Assembly (NCBI GenBank): GCA_964363305.1 | Contig: CAYIHX010000015.1 | Coordinates: 1,173 to 65,172, forward strand | Length of the DNA: 64,000 nucleotides | Direction: 5' to 3' | DNA from: an uncultured Bacteriovoracaceae bacterium | GTDB taxonomy: Bacteria; Bdellovibrionota; UBA1018 | Shown here: positions 1 to 9,601 of the stretch, piece after piece | How positions within the stretch are numbered: position 1 is the first letter of the stretch | Layout: each line of letters starts with the position of its first letter | Position numbers and translations under genes: made by a program | The notes under the pieces: model-generated | Database searches by the model: none | Seen by the model: the letters and a program-made list of their open reading frames with translations, nothing else | What the model was told of the DNA's origin: nothing

Positions 1-1920
1 GTCCTCTTCGGTGGGCGCGTCGTTGGTAACCAGTAGCCGGTCGTCGTCGCTGCAGACCAAGCGCCAGGCGCGTTGTGCGAATCGAGCAACGCCTTCAATG
101 GCTTGAGTCGACCAAGGTTTGTCGCGCTCCAATGGGCCCATGAACATTTCGTAGAGGCGTAGAGTATCTGCCCCGCTCTTCTTCACGACGTCATCCGGGT
201 TGATGACGTTTCCGCGAGACTTCGACATTTTCTCGCCGTCTTCACCCAGGATCATTCCCTGATGAATGAGTTTCTGAAAAGGTTCGTCGTGGCTGACGAG
301 GCCCGCATCGAAGAGCACCTTCATCCAAAAACGGGAGTAGAGGAGGTGCCCGACCGCGTGCTCGTCTCCGCCCAGGTAGAGGTCCACTGGCATCCAGTGC
401 TTCTCCTTCGCGGGGTCGCAAAATGTTTGGTCGTTCTTGGGATCGATGTAGCGCAGAAAATACCAGCTTGAGCCCGCACTGCCGGGCATCGTGTCGGTTT
501 CGCGCCGGGCCTTCTGGCCCCCGTGCCGAGTCTCAAGCCAATCCGTGATCGACGCGAGGGGACTTTCGCCCGTGCCGGTCGGTTCGTAGCTCTTCACATT
601 GGGGAGCGTGACGGGCAACTCGTTCGGATCAACGGCGTGCGCTTTGCCGTCGGCCGTATGAATGATCGGAAACGGCTCGCCCCAGTAACGCTGGCGCGAA
701 AATAGCCAGTCGCGAAGTTTGTACTGAACCGTTCGTCGGCCGATCTGCTTCTCTTCGGCCCAGAGGCCGACCGCTTCTTTCGCCTGCTGCGTCGTTTGCC
801 CCGTGATGAAACCGGAGTGGATCGCCTTGCCCTCGTCATCGATCACCTGAATGACAGGCAAGTGGAAGGTCCGAGCGAACTCGAGATCGCGCTCGTCATG
901 TGCTGGCACGGCCATGATGGCGCCGGTTCCGTATCCCATCATGACGTAATCCGAGATCCAGATCGGAATCTTGGCGCCATTGACCGGATTGAGGGCATGG
1001 GCGCCGGTGAACGCGCCAGTTTTCTCCTTGGTTTGATCTTGTCGGGACATCTCGGATTTTTGAGAGGACGCGACCTGGTAGGCGGTGACCTCCTTCTTTT
1101 GTTCGGGCGAGGTGATGGCCGAGATCAGCGGGTGCTCCGGGGCGAGCACCATGTAAGTCGCGCCCCACAGCGTATCGGGTCGCGTGGTGAAGATCTCGAT
1201 CTTCTCCGCATGCCCATCAAGCTGAAAGAAGAGCTTGAGCCCTTCACTTCGACCGATCCAGTTGCGTTGAAGCTCTTTTGTTCCTTCCGGCCAATCGAGC
1301 TTGTCGAGGTCGCGCAGCAGGCGCTCGGCGTAATCCGTGATCTTGAGCATCCATTGCTTCATCGGGACTCGAAACACGGGGTGCCCCCCGCGCTCTGACT
1401 TCCCGTCGACGACTTCCTCGTTGGCCAATACGGTTTTGAGTTCGGGGCACCAATTGACCGGCACCTCCTTCTGGTAGGCGAGGCCGCGCTCGTAGAGCTT
1501 GAGGAAGATGAACTGCGTCCATTTGTAGTAGTTCGGCTCGCAGGTCGAGATCTCGCGCTCCCAGTCGTAGCTGAAACCGAGGCTTTGCAGCTGGCGCCGA
1601 AAATTCTCGATCGCTTCCCCGGTGGTTTTGGCCGGATGCACTCCGGTTTTCAGAGCATACTGCTCGGCAGGAAGGCCGAACGCATCCCAACCCATCGGGT
1701 GCAGCACATTGAAGCCCTTCGCCCTCTTGTAGCGGGCGACGATATCGGTGGCCGTGTACCCTTCGGGATGGCCGACATGCAGGCCCGAGCTCGAAGGGTA
1801 TGGAAACATGTCGAGGATGTAGTATTTCGGCTTCGAAGAGTTCTCGGCCGTCTTAAATTCCTTTCGGTCGAGCCAACGCTTCTGCCACTTCGCTTCGATT
1901 TCCAGGTGAGGATACGCCAT
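1..1920 (-). CDS. leuS: Leucyl-tRNA synthetase. N-terminus is at 1920; the C-terminus lies beyond the window edge.
   Basis: Minus-strand frame reads from ATG at 1918-1920 as [16 protein letters not shown]..., continues through the class-I HIGH region ([13 protein letters not shown]) and the editing-domain motif [22 protein letters not shown] at ~901-960. No ORF-track entry lies in this frame, consistent with an open frame that leaves the window. Confidence 0.85.
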   Translation of the reverse strand, partial: MAYPHLEIEAKWQKRWLDRKEFKTAENSSKPKYYILDMFPYPSSSGLHVGHPEGYTATDIVARYKRAKGFNVLHPMGWDAFGLPAEQYALKTGVHPAKTTGEAIENFRRQLQSLGFSYDWEREISTCEPNYYKWTQFIFLKLYERGLAYQKEVPVNWCPELKTVLANEEVVDGKSERGGHPVFRVPMKQWMLKITDYAERLLRDLDKLDWPEGTKELQRNWIGRSEGLKLFFQLDGHAEKIEIFTTRPDTLWGATYMVLAPEHPLISAITSPEQKKEVTAYQVASSQKSEMSRQDQTKEKTGAFTGAHALNPVNGAKIPIWISDYVMMGYGTGAIMAVPAHDERDLEFARTFHLPVIQVIDDEGKAIHSGFITGQTTQQAKEAVGLWAEEKQIGRRTVQYKLRDWLFSRQRYWGEPFPIIHTADGKAHAVDPNELPVTLPNVKSYEPTGTGESPLASITDWLETRHGGQKARRETDTMPGSAGSSWYFLRYIDPKNDQTFCDPAKEKHWMPVDLYLGGDEHAVGHLLYSRFWMKVLFDAGLVSHDEPFQKLIHQGMILGEDGEKMSKSRGNVINPDDVVKKSGADTLRLYEMFMGPLERDKPWSTQAIEGVARFAQRAWRLVCSDDDRLLVTNDAPTEED

Positions 1921-1961
1921 GATTCTCTTCTTCGTCGAAGCGCGCTACAGTTGCAAGAAGG

Positions 1962-2432
1962 ATGAAACCCTCACTCCAGGAACGCTTTGCAGCGAAGAGT
2001 ATCTGTTTCGGTTGCGGCCCCGCCAATTCGAAGGGTTTGCGCATTCGTAGCCTGGCACCGGATGATCCGGCCGGCGAGGTGACGGCGACCTGGAAGGCCG
2101 AGCTTCATCACGAGGCTTTCCCCGGAATCTTGAATGGCGGCATCATCGGCTCGCTTCTCGATTGCCACTCAAATTGGACGGCGGCCTGGCACCTCATGAA
2201 TCGAAACGGCCTGGACGAGCCACCTTGCACGGTGACCGCCGACTATTCGATTCAGCTGAAGCGGCCGACGTCGACGAACGAGACGATCCACCTGAGCGCG
2301 CGGGTTATCGATTCGAAAGAGGATCGAGCGACGATCGAGGCCACCTTGATCGCCGGGGGGAAGGTTTGCGCCACCTGCCGGGGTACGTTCGTGGCGGTCA
2401 AACCTGGTCATCCTGCCTATCATCGCTGGTAA
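1962..2432 (+). CDS. PaaI/4HBT-family hotdog-fold thioesterase
   Basis: 156 aa. CFGCG..N..GL N-terminal motif and GILNGGIIGSLLDCHSNW core typical of PaaI/YbgC-like thioesterases. Confidence 0.6.
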   Translation: MKPSLQERFAAKSICFGCGPANSKGLRIRSLAPDDPAGEVTATWKAELHHEAFPGILNGGIIGSLLDCHSNWTAAWHLMNRNGLDEPPCTVTADYSIQLKRPTSTNETIHLSARVIDSKEDRATIEATLIAGGKVCATCRGTFVAVKPGHPAYHRW

Positions 2433-2561
2433 GGTCGGTGCTCATTCGACACCGCTTGCCGCCTTCTGAGTTGTTTTCAGTGTCACTTTGATCCTGAAAA
2501 GAGGCTTTTGTGCTGGCACATAGATTGCTTAGGCAAAACTCCAGAGAGAGGAGCGAGTTTC

Positions 2562-2786
2562 ATGAGGTCCCGCAGAAAGAATCCCCAAAATACTTCAAAA
2601 TTCACCTGGCTGCTGCTCACTCTGAGCGTCCTGGTCGGAACGGTCCTGATTTCGGAGAGTATGCCGATCGAGCAACGAGTCAGTCATCGCCTGAATCAGA
2701 AATCTCTGGGGGTCATTCTTCAAGCAGAAGCGAGTGATTCCCCGGCTATGGAGTTGGAATCTGCCGGCGTTCCCATCGAACGATAA
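2562..2786 (+). CDS. Small hypothetical secreted/membrane protein (74 aa)
   Basis: Internal ATG at 2562 preceded by a GGAG ribosome-binding site. N-terminal hydrophobic stretch WLLLTLSVLVGTVLI. The two ORF-track entries at 2508/2510 are frame alternatives; this is the only one with a plausible start. Confidence 0.3.
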   Translation: MRSRRKNPQNTSKFTWLLLTLSVLVGTVLISESMPIEQRVSHRLNQKSLGVILQAEASDSPAMELESAGVPIER

Positions 2787-2922
2787 CTCTACACAGAACA
2801 AATTTTTCCTGATCTTCCTCACATCGGATCAGGAGCGGGCTCGGGGGGTGGTCCTCCGGGCCTGTTGTTTTTTGAGTGATAGACTCCGCCCGTTTACTTG
2901 CTCCTGATCAGCAATACTGCGC

Positions 2923-3453
2923 TTAATTTCGTACCCGTTTAACGAAAGTGCTAAATTGCTCCATCAATTTTTCTCTCTTTGACCATTTCTCGATGATGGA
3001 GAGATTGAAGGGATGGGCCTTCGCGACCATGACCGCTTGTTCGAGGCCTTGAGGATCGTTCCAGAAATAGAATGACGAAAGGCGATCCATCACGCAGTAG
3101 GTGGGAGTGAGGAGTTTGAGGAGGCCAGTTGAGGTTTTGATCTCACTGAACTCTCGAATGGGCTCATCGCCGATCGTAGCGGCGTTGCCTGGAAATTCGA
3201 CGAAAAATTCGGTGTTCGGGTGGAGAAAGTGGCGGCCCTTTTCTCGGTTGAAGCCGAGGGCAATCATTACTGTTTCGATCTTCTTGAAGTCGCCGTAGGT
3301 TATGAAATCGAGGTCATGGCTTTCGTAGCGGTTGGATGTGTAGATGGATACCACTGCGCCCCCGGACAGAAACACATCGATGCCCGCTTCCTTGAGGCGA
3401 GTGCAAACGAGGGCCCCGATTTCGAGAACGGTCATTTCTGGAGTGATTTTCAC
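2923..3453 (-). CDS. AbiEii-like nucleotidyltransferase (Pol-beta superfamily); putative type IV TA toxin, compact 176-aa form
   Basis: LSGGAVVSIYTSNRYESHDLDFI matches the GG-x(10)-R-x-S-x-D-x-D NTase signature of the AbiEii/DUF1814 family. Start overlaps the upstream winged-helix gene by 4 nt (ATGA), indicating translational coupling. Confidence 0.55.
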   Translation of the reverse strand: MKITPEMTVLEIGALVCTRLKEAGIDVFLSGGAVVSIYTSNRYESHDLDFITYGDFKKIETVMIALGFNREKGRHFLHPNTEFFVEFPGNAATIGDEPIREFSEIKTSTGLLKLLTPTYCVMDRLSSFYFWNDPQGLEQAVMVAKAHPFNLSIIEKWSKREKLMEQFSTFVKRVRN

Positions 3454-3779
3454 AGGGGCTTACCCGTTCGGCGTGGGCGGCGGCGCTCCATGAAGTAGGC
3501 GTCGATAATTTCTTTTGGCAAAAATTGGGTGATTCGCTTGAGAAGAGCCCTGAGTTCTTTGAGGTAGTAGCACCGAGGATTCCAGACAAATACCCTGGTT
3601 TTTCCCTTGAGCTGGCTGGCGAGAACGCCTGCCTTCTCAAAGCGAAGTAACTGGCGCTGAATTTGGCTGACGGGAAGTTTGAAGGTGCGAGCTATGCCGA
3701 GCGCGTATCCTTCTTCATATTGATTGAGGTAGAGGAGGACTTTGTCCGCAGTTGAGGTTGTGAAAAGTTCAGACCACAT
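3450..3779 (-). CDS. Winged-helix transcriptional regulator; AbiEi-like putative antitoxin/autoregulator
   Basis: 109 aa. YALGIARTFKLPVSQIQRQLLRFEKAGVL is a winged-helix recognition helix-wing. It sits first in a two-gene operon with the NTase gene, and tandem inverted repeats lie immediately upstream. Confidence 0.6.
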   Translation of the reverse strand: MWSELFTTSTADKVLLYLNQYEEGYALGIARTFKLPVSQIQRQLLRFEKAGVLASQLKGKTRVFVWNPRCYYLKELRALLKRITQFLPKEIIDAYFMERRRPRRTGKPL

Positions 3780-3782
3780 ATG

Positions 3783-3820
3783 TACCTTATATTAAGGTTA
3801 TATTACCTTTTTTCAAGGTA
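3783..3820 (-). promoter_or_regulatory. Two tandem inverted repeats (putative operator) directly upstream of the winged-helix gene start
   Basis: IR1 TACCTTA-tat-TAAGGTt at 3783-3799 and IR2 TACCTT-ttttc-AAGGTA at 3804-3820. They sit within a ~240-bp AT-rich intergenic region and overlap the ribosome-binding-site/promoter area. Confidence 0.45.
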
Positions 3821-4014
3821 TTTGAAGTGAGTGGGGATCAGCCGCCCAAAACTGTAGAACCTCTACCGAGGTGCTCACTTCATAGACAGTGAATCCGGCG
3901 GGATTTCTGAAATTATCAAATGATTTTATGTGGTTATTTCTGGTCCAAAAGATGCGCATTATCTCGATGAAAACTCATTCATATGAAATGTTTCACAGCG
4001 AAAGCTGACGATAT

Positions 4015-4305
4015 TCAGACCTTCTTGCGGTTACTCAACAACTCGGCAATGAGTGCCTTCACGTTTCTCGTTACGAGAGTGAGTTCATGGGCCTGTGCGA
4101 TGGCGGCGATCATCATGTCGTAGCTGCCGATCACTTTTTCGGATTGCTCGAGTAGCGTGCGCACGATCGCAAACTGCTCGGCCGCATCATCATCGAAAGG
4201 ATGCTCGGAAGTTCCGAAAGAAAGACCAAAAGGCGCTGTTCGTCTGCTGCTCGGTTTAGACTCTTTTTCAGCCCATGGAAAAGTTCTGCTTTTACGACCG
4301 AGCAA
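4015..4305 (-). pseudogene. PIN-domain (VapC-like) toxin remnant. Only the C-terminal half of the PIN fold is conserved.
   Basis: C-terminal PFDDDAAEQFAIVRTLLEQSEKVIGSYDMMIAAIAQAHELTLVTRNVKAL matches the VapC C-terminal consensus (..IG..D.mIAA.A......LVT.N...F). The N-terminal 35 aa after the TTG start is non-PIN. I translated the two alternative upstream frames and found no PIN N-terminus. Confidence 0.45.
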
Positions 4306-4494
4306 AGCGTTAGAGAATCGGCCGGAAGGTGTCGGATCTATGATTTCACCCCTAAGAAAATCTCGTGCTTACGGGGCTTTGCCCCAGTGCTCGCACCGCC
4401 GCCGATTTGAAAAAACAGCGACAATGCGGCTTCAACGCTCTCCGGCCCGGGCGGTGCACCGGTCAATGTCGCGCGGGTCACTTCCATCATTCTC

Positions 4495-4948
4495 ATGAAG
4501 GCTCTGGCCTACGTGAACCTCATCGGAGCGCAAGGAATGGAAGCTCATGCGGGGCGGCACGCTTCGGACATCATCCGCCTCTCCGGTGTTTTGAGAGAAT
4601 CCGATAGCATTCAGGTTGAGAACGAGCTTTACGCGCCCCTCGAAAAGCTGCTCGGCATGAAAGACTCAGCTTTCTCGAAAGAACGCGTCAAAATGGTTCG
4701 TGGCCGTGAAATTACCGCCGACCTCCGAGAAATCCCCGAAGCGGGCGCGATTTACGTTCGCGGAACGGATCAACGGCATCGCTTTGGATCTGGTCGAAGA
4801 TTTAGTGGACGCTCGTTATAGCAAGAATAAGGCGCTCATTCTCAGATCGGCCAACTTTCGCCTGGAGAAGCTGCGCGTTCTTATCCGGACGCCATTGGCA
4901 CTCGATGTAAAATACGCTAAGATGTGGGTGAATCTGCATCCAATGTAA
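4495..4948 (+). CDS. Hypothetical; two overlapping ORFs (108 aa and 82 aa) that may be one frameshifted gene
   Basis: ORFs 4495-4821 and 4700-4948 overlap in different frames. No recognisable domain. Located inside the AT-rich islet. Confidence 0.2.
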
Positions 4949-5021
4949 ATCTTAGCAAGATCTTCCGATATCTTGAAGGCAATGGTGAATTTCCGAGTCT
5001 CAATGCTAGAATCAACATGGC

Positions 5022-6065
5022 ATGGGCAAATACGGCGGCGGCCGAAAGGGCGCGGCTGAGGATTGGATGGATGACGAACACTCATCCATGCGCTCTCTGA
5101 AGTCGCAGACACGCAAAAAGAAAAAGGGCATCGGAGAGAAAGAGGCGCTTTCGCTCGAAGAGGGGAATGCCACGGTCTCTGAGGTGTACAAGAACCAGTG
5201 TCGCGTGGTCACGGACGACGGCAAAGAGCCGCTTTGCGCGTATCGGCGCACGCAGGTTTGGGCTCAGGCCAATAGCAGAAATGAGTTGAAAGAGCGCTCG
5301 CCCGTCGCGGTTGGCGACCGCGTGAAGATCAGTAGAATCACGGACCGCGACGGCATCGTCGAAGGTGTCTGCGAGAGGAAGAATCAGCTCGCCCGCCCAG
5401 CCCCTGACCGTGAGGAGGAGGCCATTCATGTCATCGTCGCGAACCTGGATTGCCTGGTGATCGTCGTGTCTGCGAAGAACCCCGAATTTTCACCCGGCAT
5501 TGTCGATCGTTTCTTGGTCGCAGCGGTCAGGCAGGGGATTCCGGTCGTGATCGCAGTGACGAAGACCGATTTGTTGGCGCCGGACGATGATCGACCCTGG
5601 GAGCTTTACCGTCAGCTGGGCTATGACGTTCACGAAATCGCGACCAAACGGCATGAGGGCGTCGAAAAGCTCCGAGCGAGTCTCGACGGTAAACACATCG
5701 CGTTCTGCGGGCATTCAGGGGTCGGTAAGACTTCCCTGCTGAGCGCCTTGACCGCGACGACGGTAGGCCAGGTTGCTGACGTGAATGAGTTCACGGGTAA
5801 GGGGCGGCATACGACCAGCAGCGCGCGCATCATCCGCACCGATCAGAATAATTTTTGGGTCGACACGCCTGGAGTGCGTGAATTTGGCCTGATTGGGGTT
5901 ACGCCTGAAAATCTGAAAGAGCACTTTCCCGAGATGGCCAACCTTCCGTGCGAGGCGTCCGGCTGCCTTCATGAAGAAGAGGCAGGATGCGCGGCTCGCA
6001 CCCTGCCTCGATATGTTGGATACGCCCGAATTCTTGCTTCGCTTCGCGAAGACGGGGCCGTTTAA
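5022..6065 (+). CDS. rsgA: Ribosome small-subunit-dependent GTPase A (circularly permuted GTPase)
   Basis: Permuted G4 (AVTKTDL), then G1 ([10 protein letters not shown]), G3 (DTPG), and a C-terminal zinc knuckle [14 protein letters not shown]. Confidence 0.9.
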   Translation: MGKYGGGRKGAAEDWMDDEHSSMRSLKSQTRKKKKGIGEKEALSLEEGNATVSEVYKNQCRVVTDDGKEPLCAYRRTQVWAQANSRNELKERSPVAVGDRVKISRITDRDGIVEGVCERKNQLARPAPDREEEAIHVIVANLDCLVIVVSAKNPEFSPGIVDRFLVAAVRQGIPVVIAVTKTDLLAPDDDRPWELYRQLGYDVHEIATKRHEGVEKLRASLDGKHIAFCGHSGVGKTSLLSALTATTVGQVADVNEFTGKGRHTTSSARIIRTDQNNFWVDTPGVREFGLIGVTPENLKEHFPEMANLPCEASGCLHEEEAGCAARTLPRYVGYARILASLREDGAV

Positions 6066-7204
6066 CGCTCGAAGATCTCTTTTGAGATGATGAGCCGCTG
6101 AATCTGCGAGGTGCCTTCGTAGATCTGGTAGATCTTGGCGTCGCGCATGAGCTTCTCGACCGGATATTCGGAAGAATAACCATAACCGCCAAAGACCTGC
6201 ACGGCGTCGGTCGAGACCTTCATGGCTGTATCGGCCGCGAAAACCTTCGCCATCGCCGCCCATTTCGTATTGCGATGCCCGTGATCGATCAGCCATGCCG
6301 CTTTGTGCGTCAGCAACCGCGCGGCCTCGATGTCCTTGGCCATGTCGGCGATCATGAAACTGATCGCCTGATACGAGGCAATGGGCTGACCAAAGGTTTT
6401 GCGAGTCTTCGCGTACTCAATCGCCTCATCCATCGCCCGGCGAGAGAGTCCGACCGCACCGGCCGCGACCGGAGGACGAGTATGATCGAATGCCGCCATC
6501 GCGGTTCTAAACCCTTCTCCTTCTTTGCCGAGGAGGTAGCGCTTCGGGATGCGCACGTTCTCGAAGGTGATCCCACGCGTATCGCTCGCCTTTTGGCCCA
6601 TGTTCCATTCCTTCTTGCCCACCGAGATGCCGGGGGTTTTGGCGGGAACGATGAACCCACTCATGCCTTTGTGCTTGAGCGTGGGGTCCGTATACGCGAG
6701 CACGAAGTACCAATCGGCGACGCCGCCATTGGTGATCCACATTTTTGCGCCGTTGATGACGTAGTCATCGCCATCCTTTTTCGCAAGGGTACGAATGCCG
6801 CTGACGTCAGAGCCTGCGCCGGGTTCAGTGACGCAGTATGCGGCGAAGAGGGGTTCGGCGGTCAAACGTCCGAGAAATTCTTTTTTCTGCTCGTCATTGC
6901 CGGCGACGATGATCGGTGCAGCCGCGAGGGTGTTTGCCTCCATCGCGGTGGCAATTCCCGTGCAGCCATACGCAAGTTCTTCGGTGATGATGCATCCTTC
7001 GAGGACGCCCAGGCCGAGGCCACCGTACTCCGCGGGGATATGAGTATTCATCAGGCCCAATTCCCAGGCTTTCTTGGCGATTTCTCGCGGGAATTCACCC
7101 TTTTCGTCGTGATGAGCCGCCTTGGGGATGATTTCCTCCTTGGCGAATTTGCGGGCGAGGTCCTGGAGTTGCTTCTGTTCTTCCGAAAGGTCAAAGTCGA
7201 TCAT
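6062..7204 (-). CDS. Acyl-CoA dehydrogenase (short/medium-chain type)
   Basis: 380 aa with canonical ACAD motifs ([30 protein letters not shown]). Confidence 0.95.
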   Translation of the reverse strand: MIDFDLSEEQKQLQDLARKFAKEEIIPKAAHHDEKGEFPREIAKKAWELGLMNTHIPAEYGGLGLGVLEGCIITEELAYGCTGIATAMEANTLAAAPIIVAGNDEQKKEFLGRLTAEPLFAAYCVTEPGAGSDVSGIRTLAKKDGDDYVINGAKMWITNGGVADWYFVLAYTDPTLKHKGMSGFIVPAKTPGISVGKKEWNMGQKASDTRGITFENVRIPKRYLLGKEGEGFRTAMAAFDHTRPPVAAGAVGLSRRAMDEAIEYAKTRKTFGQPIASYQAISFMIADMAKDIEAARLLTHKAAWLIDHGHRNTKWAAMAKVFAADTAMKVSTDAVQVFGGYGYSSEYPVEKLMRDAKIYQIYEGTSQIQRLIISKEIFER

Positions 7205-7283
7205 GTTGGGTTTGCTCCCTTGGGCTATGAGAGTACGTCAGATAGGCTGTGAAATCCAACTTCCTTCGGCTACAAGCCCGTCT

Positions 7284-8567
7284 ATGCCTGCACGTCCGCC
7301 TCACTATTCGGCTCCGGCCGGAACTTTGCCTGTCCTGACTCAGATCTGGCGCGATTTATTTACGAGTCGTGTTCATCTAGATTCCGCGATTTCGAAATTA
7401 CCGTCTTCGTCGAAGCCGGTCGTGTCTCGCTTGCTCCCCATCGTGTTGCGGCGTCCTGTCTCGCTCGCTAGCGCTTTGTACGTGCCTATCGGCGACGGAG
7501 AGCCCTGGTCCGTGCCCCTGGAGAAGAGGGTGAGCTGGAAGGGCGCCCGGGGGCTCTTCGTGAATCTGTTGCCGCAGATTGAGAAATTTGAGCGGAAGTC
7601 GGGCTCGGCGTCTGACTTCCCTCCTGAATTTTTCAACGAGTGGGAGAGAGATTGGGGGCGGGAGGCCGCGGAGGAGTTGGCGGCGACCCTTTCCAGTGAT
7701 CCGCCGATGAGTTTGCGAGCCGGGCGAAATCGGGGCGCGGAAAAATTACTGGAGGCCTTGCGGGAGGAAGTGGATTTTTCTCATGGGGGGCCGGCCCTTT
7801 CGGACGTCTCGCCGGTGGGCGTTCGGGTGGCGGGTTACGCGGCCATCGCCGAGAGCAGCCCCTTTCGCGAGGGATGGTGCGAGATTCAGGACGAGGGGTC
7901 GCAGTTCATGTCTCTTTTCGCCCTTTGGCCAGACCTCTATGCAAAATATCTGAATGAAAAACCTGGAGCGTGGAAGCATGCAGCGACTACCCAACCTCCG
8001 CGTGGGAGGAGCGCCGGCCTGACCGTGATCGATGCGTGCGCGGGCGCGGGAGGGAAGTCGCTCGCCATGGCGGATTTACTGGAAGGGCGCGGTCGAGCTT
8101 TTGCCTATGATGTGTCGCCGGTCAAGCTGAGTGCATTGAAGCGTCGGGCGCTTCGATGGGGTTTTAACAATATCCAGACGGTCGTCGTCCATTCAGGTGA
8201 AGAAGCCTCGCTCGAAGCGAAGTTCGGCGCGAAGGCGGATCGTGTTTTGATTGACGCACCTTGCTCGGGCTGGGGCGTTTTGAGGCGCAGTCCCGATATC
8301 AAGTGGAAGTGGGACTGCGCGGTCGGCGAGAGCGATTTGCCCGCGTTACAGCTTCGGCTTCTGAACGGTTATGCGAGGCTTGCCAAGCCTGGAGGGTTCG
8401 TCACCTTCGGGGTTTGTACCTTTCGCAGAGAAGAGACGGTCGAGGTGGTCCAAAAATTCTTGGATTCCACGACCGACTTTGAGTTGGTGGCGAAGGGTTT
8501 CGTCGGTCCGGGGCCCTGTGATGGGTTTTTCATGGCGGCGTTTCGCCGAAAAGGCGCCCCGGCATGA
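7284..8567 (+). CDS. RsmB/Sun-family SAM-dependent RNA m5C methyltransferase
   Basis: DACAGAGGKS SAM motif and DAPCSGWGVLRRSPDIKW catalytic motif. ATG at 7284 chosen because the ORF-track start at 7122 overlaps the acyl-CoA dehydrogenase gene. Confidence 0.8.
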   Translation: MPARPPHYSAPAGTLPVLTQIWRDLFTSRVHLDSAISKLPSSSKPVVSRLLPIVLRRPVSLASALYVPIGDGEPWSVPLEKRVSWKGARGLFVNLLPQIEKFERKSGSASDFPPEFFNEWERDWGREAAEELAATLSSDPPMSLRAGRNRGAEKLLEALREEVDFSHGGPALSDVSPVGVRVAGYAAIAESSPFREGWCEIQDEGSQFMSLFALWPDLYAKYLNEKPGAWKHAATTQPPRGRSAGLTVIDACAGAGGKSLAMADLLEGRGRAFAYDVSPVKLSALKRRALRWGFNNIQTVVVHSGEEASLEAKFGAKADRVLIDAPCSGWGVLRRSPDIKWKWDCAVGESDLPALQLRLLNGYARLAKPGGFVTFGVCTFRREETVEVVQKFLDSTTDFELVAKGFVGPGPCDGFFMAAFRRKGAPA

Positions 8568-9592
8568 TCTGGCGCGCCTTGAAGCGGCTCCTTTTTCTTT
8601 TTGATGCTGAATGGATTCATCATCTAGCGGTTCGGGCCCTGCTTCTTCTGCATCGCGTTTCTCCGTCTGGGGTCCGACTGCTTGCTGGGATTCGGGTGCC
8701 CGGTGCTCTCGAGGAGAGCGAGCGCACCTATATTGTGAGGCTCTGGGGGATGGAGTTTCTCAGCCCGGTGGGCCTAGCGGCGGGCTTCGACAAGGATGGA
8801 CGCCTGCTGAGAATCCTCCCCGATCTTGGATTTGGCTTTGCCGAAGTCGGTACGGTTACGCCGAGACCCCAGCCCGGGAACCCCAGGCCGCGCCTTTTTC
8901 GGGATCATGCCCGCCTCTCTCTCTTCAATCGCATGGGATTCAACTCCGCGGGGGCCCGTGCCGTTGCGGAGAATATTCGATCGGCTCGATCCGCGCTTCC
9001 GCCCCATTTTCGTGTCGGGATCAATATTGGCAAAAATAGAGACACCCCTCTCGAGCGCGCCTTCGAAGACTACCGAGATGCCGTGAAACCCTTTCGGGGG
9101 CTGGTCGACTATATCGTGGTCAATCTGAGTTCGCCGAATACCCCGGGCCTGAGAAGTCTGCAGAGTGTTGAGGCGATTCAACCGATCGTGGCGGCTGTCA
9201 CTGCAGAGATCTCATCTTGGCCGACGAATGCGCCCCCGATTTTGGTGAAGCTCGCGCCTGAAATCGGATCAGTTGAACTCCAAAATATTCTCATGGCGGG
9301 CTCGCAGATGGGAATTTCGGGTTGGATTCTCACCAACACCCGAGTGGGTGAGTATCACGGAGTGTCCGGAGGGTGGAGCGGCGCCTGTTTGACGGAAATT
9401 TCGCGGGAAAAGCTCTTGTTGGCTCGTACTGTTTCGAAAGCACCGATCGTCTCGGTGGGTGGGGTGATGGATGCGACTGAGGGTCGCCTTCGGAGGCGCT
9501 CTGGTGCTGATCTAGTGCAGCTCTACAGTGGGTGGATCTTTGCAGGGCCTCGGCTACCGGGCCAAGTTGCTCGAATGTGGATGATCCCCTAA
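8564..9592 (+). CDS. pyrD: Dihydroorotate dehydrogenase (quinone), class 2
   Basis: GLAAGFDKDG, EVGTVTPRPQPGNPRPRLFR and NRMGFNS motifs. Confidence 0.9.
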   Translation: MIWRALKRLLFLFDAEWIHHLAVRALLLLHRVSPSGVRLLAGIRVPGALEESERTYIVRLWGMEFLSPVGLAAGFDKDGRLLRILPDLGFGFAEVGTVTPRPQPGNPRPRLFRDHARLSLFNRMGFNSAGARAVAENIRSARSALPPHFRVGINIGKNRDTPLERAFEDYRDAVKPFRGLVDYIVVNLSSPNTPGLRSLQSVEAIQPIVAAVTAEISSWPTNAPPILVKLAPEIGSVELQNILMAGSQMGISGWILTNTRVGEYHGVSGGWSGACLTEISREKLLLARTVSKAPIVSVGGVMDATEGRLRRRSGADLVQLYSGWIFAGPRLPGQVARMWMIP

Positions 9593-9601
9593 GCTCTGGA
9601 T

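Noticed and set aside
1-1920. Possibility that leuS is frameshifted or fragmented, given that the ORF track shows only short ORFs here
   Set aside because: The listed ORFs are all in other frames. The leuS frame is open to the window edge and reads continuous LeuRS motifs. The track evidently omits ORFs lacking an in-window stop.
2787-2922. Possible bidirectional terminator between the convergent small ORF and the NTase gene
   Set aside because: A T-run (TGTTGTTTTTT) and a TCCTGATC...GATCAGGA inverted repeat exist, but I could not define a convincing GC stem adjacent to the U-tract.
4306-4440. Search for a PIN N-terminal half or vapB upstream of the VapC remnant
   Set aside because: I translated the two alternative upstream minus-strand frames; all contain stops and no PIN or antitoxin-like sequence.
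6275-7252. 325-aa plus-strand ORF antisense to the acyl-CoA dehydrogenase gene
   Set aside because: The ACAD gene on the minus strand is canonical along its full length; the plus-strand frame is an antisense artefact.
7122-7283. ORF-track start of the RsmB-like gene at 7122
   Set aside because: Would overlap the 5' end of the convergent ACAD gene by ~80 nt and encodes low-complexity sequence; the ATG at 7284 gives a sensible N-terminus.
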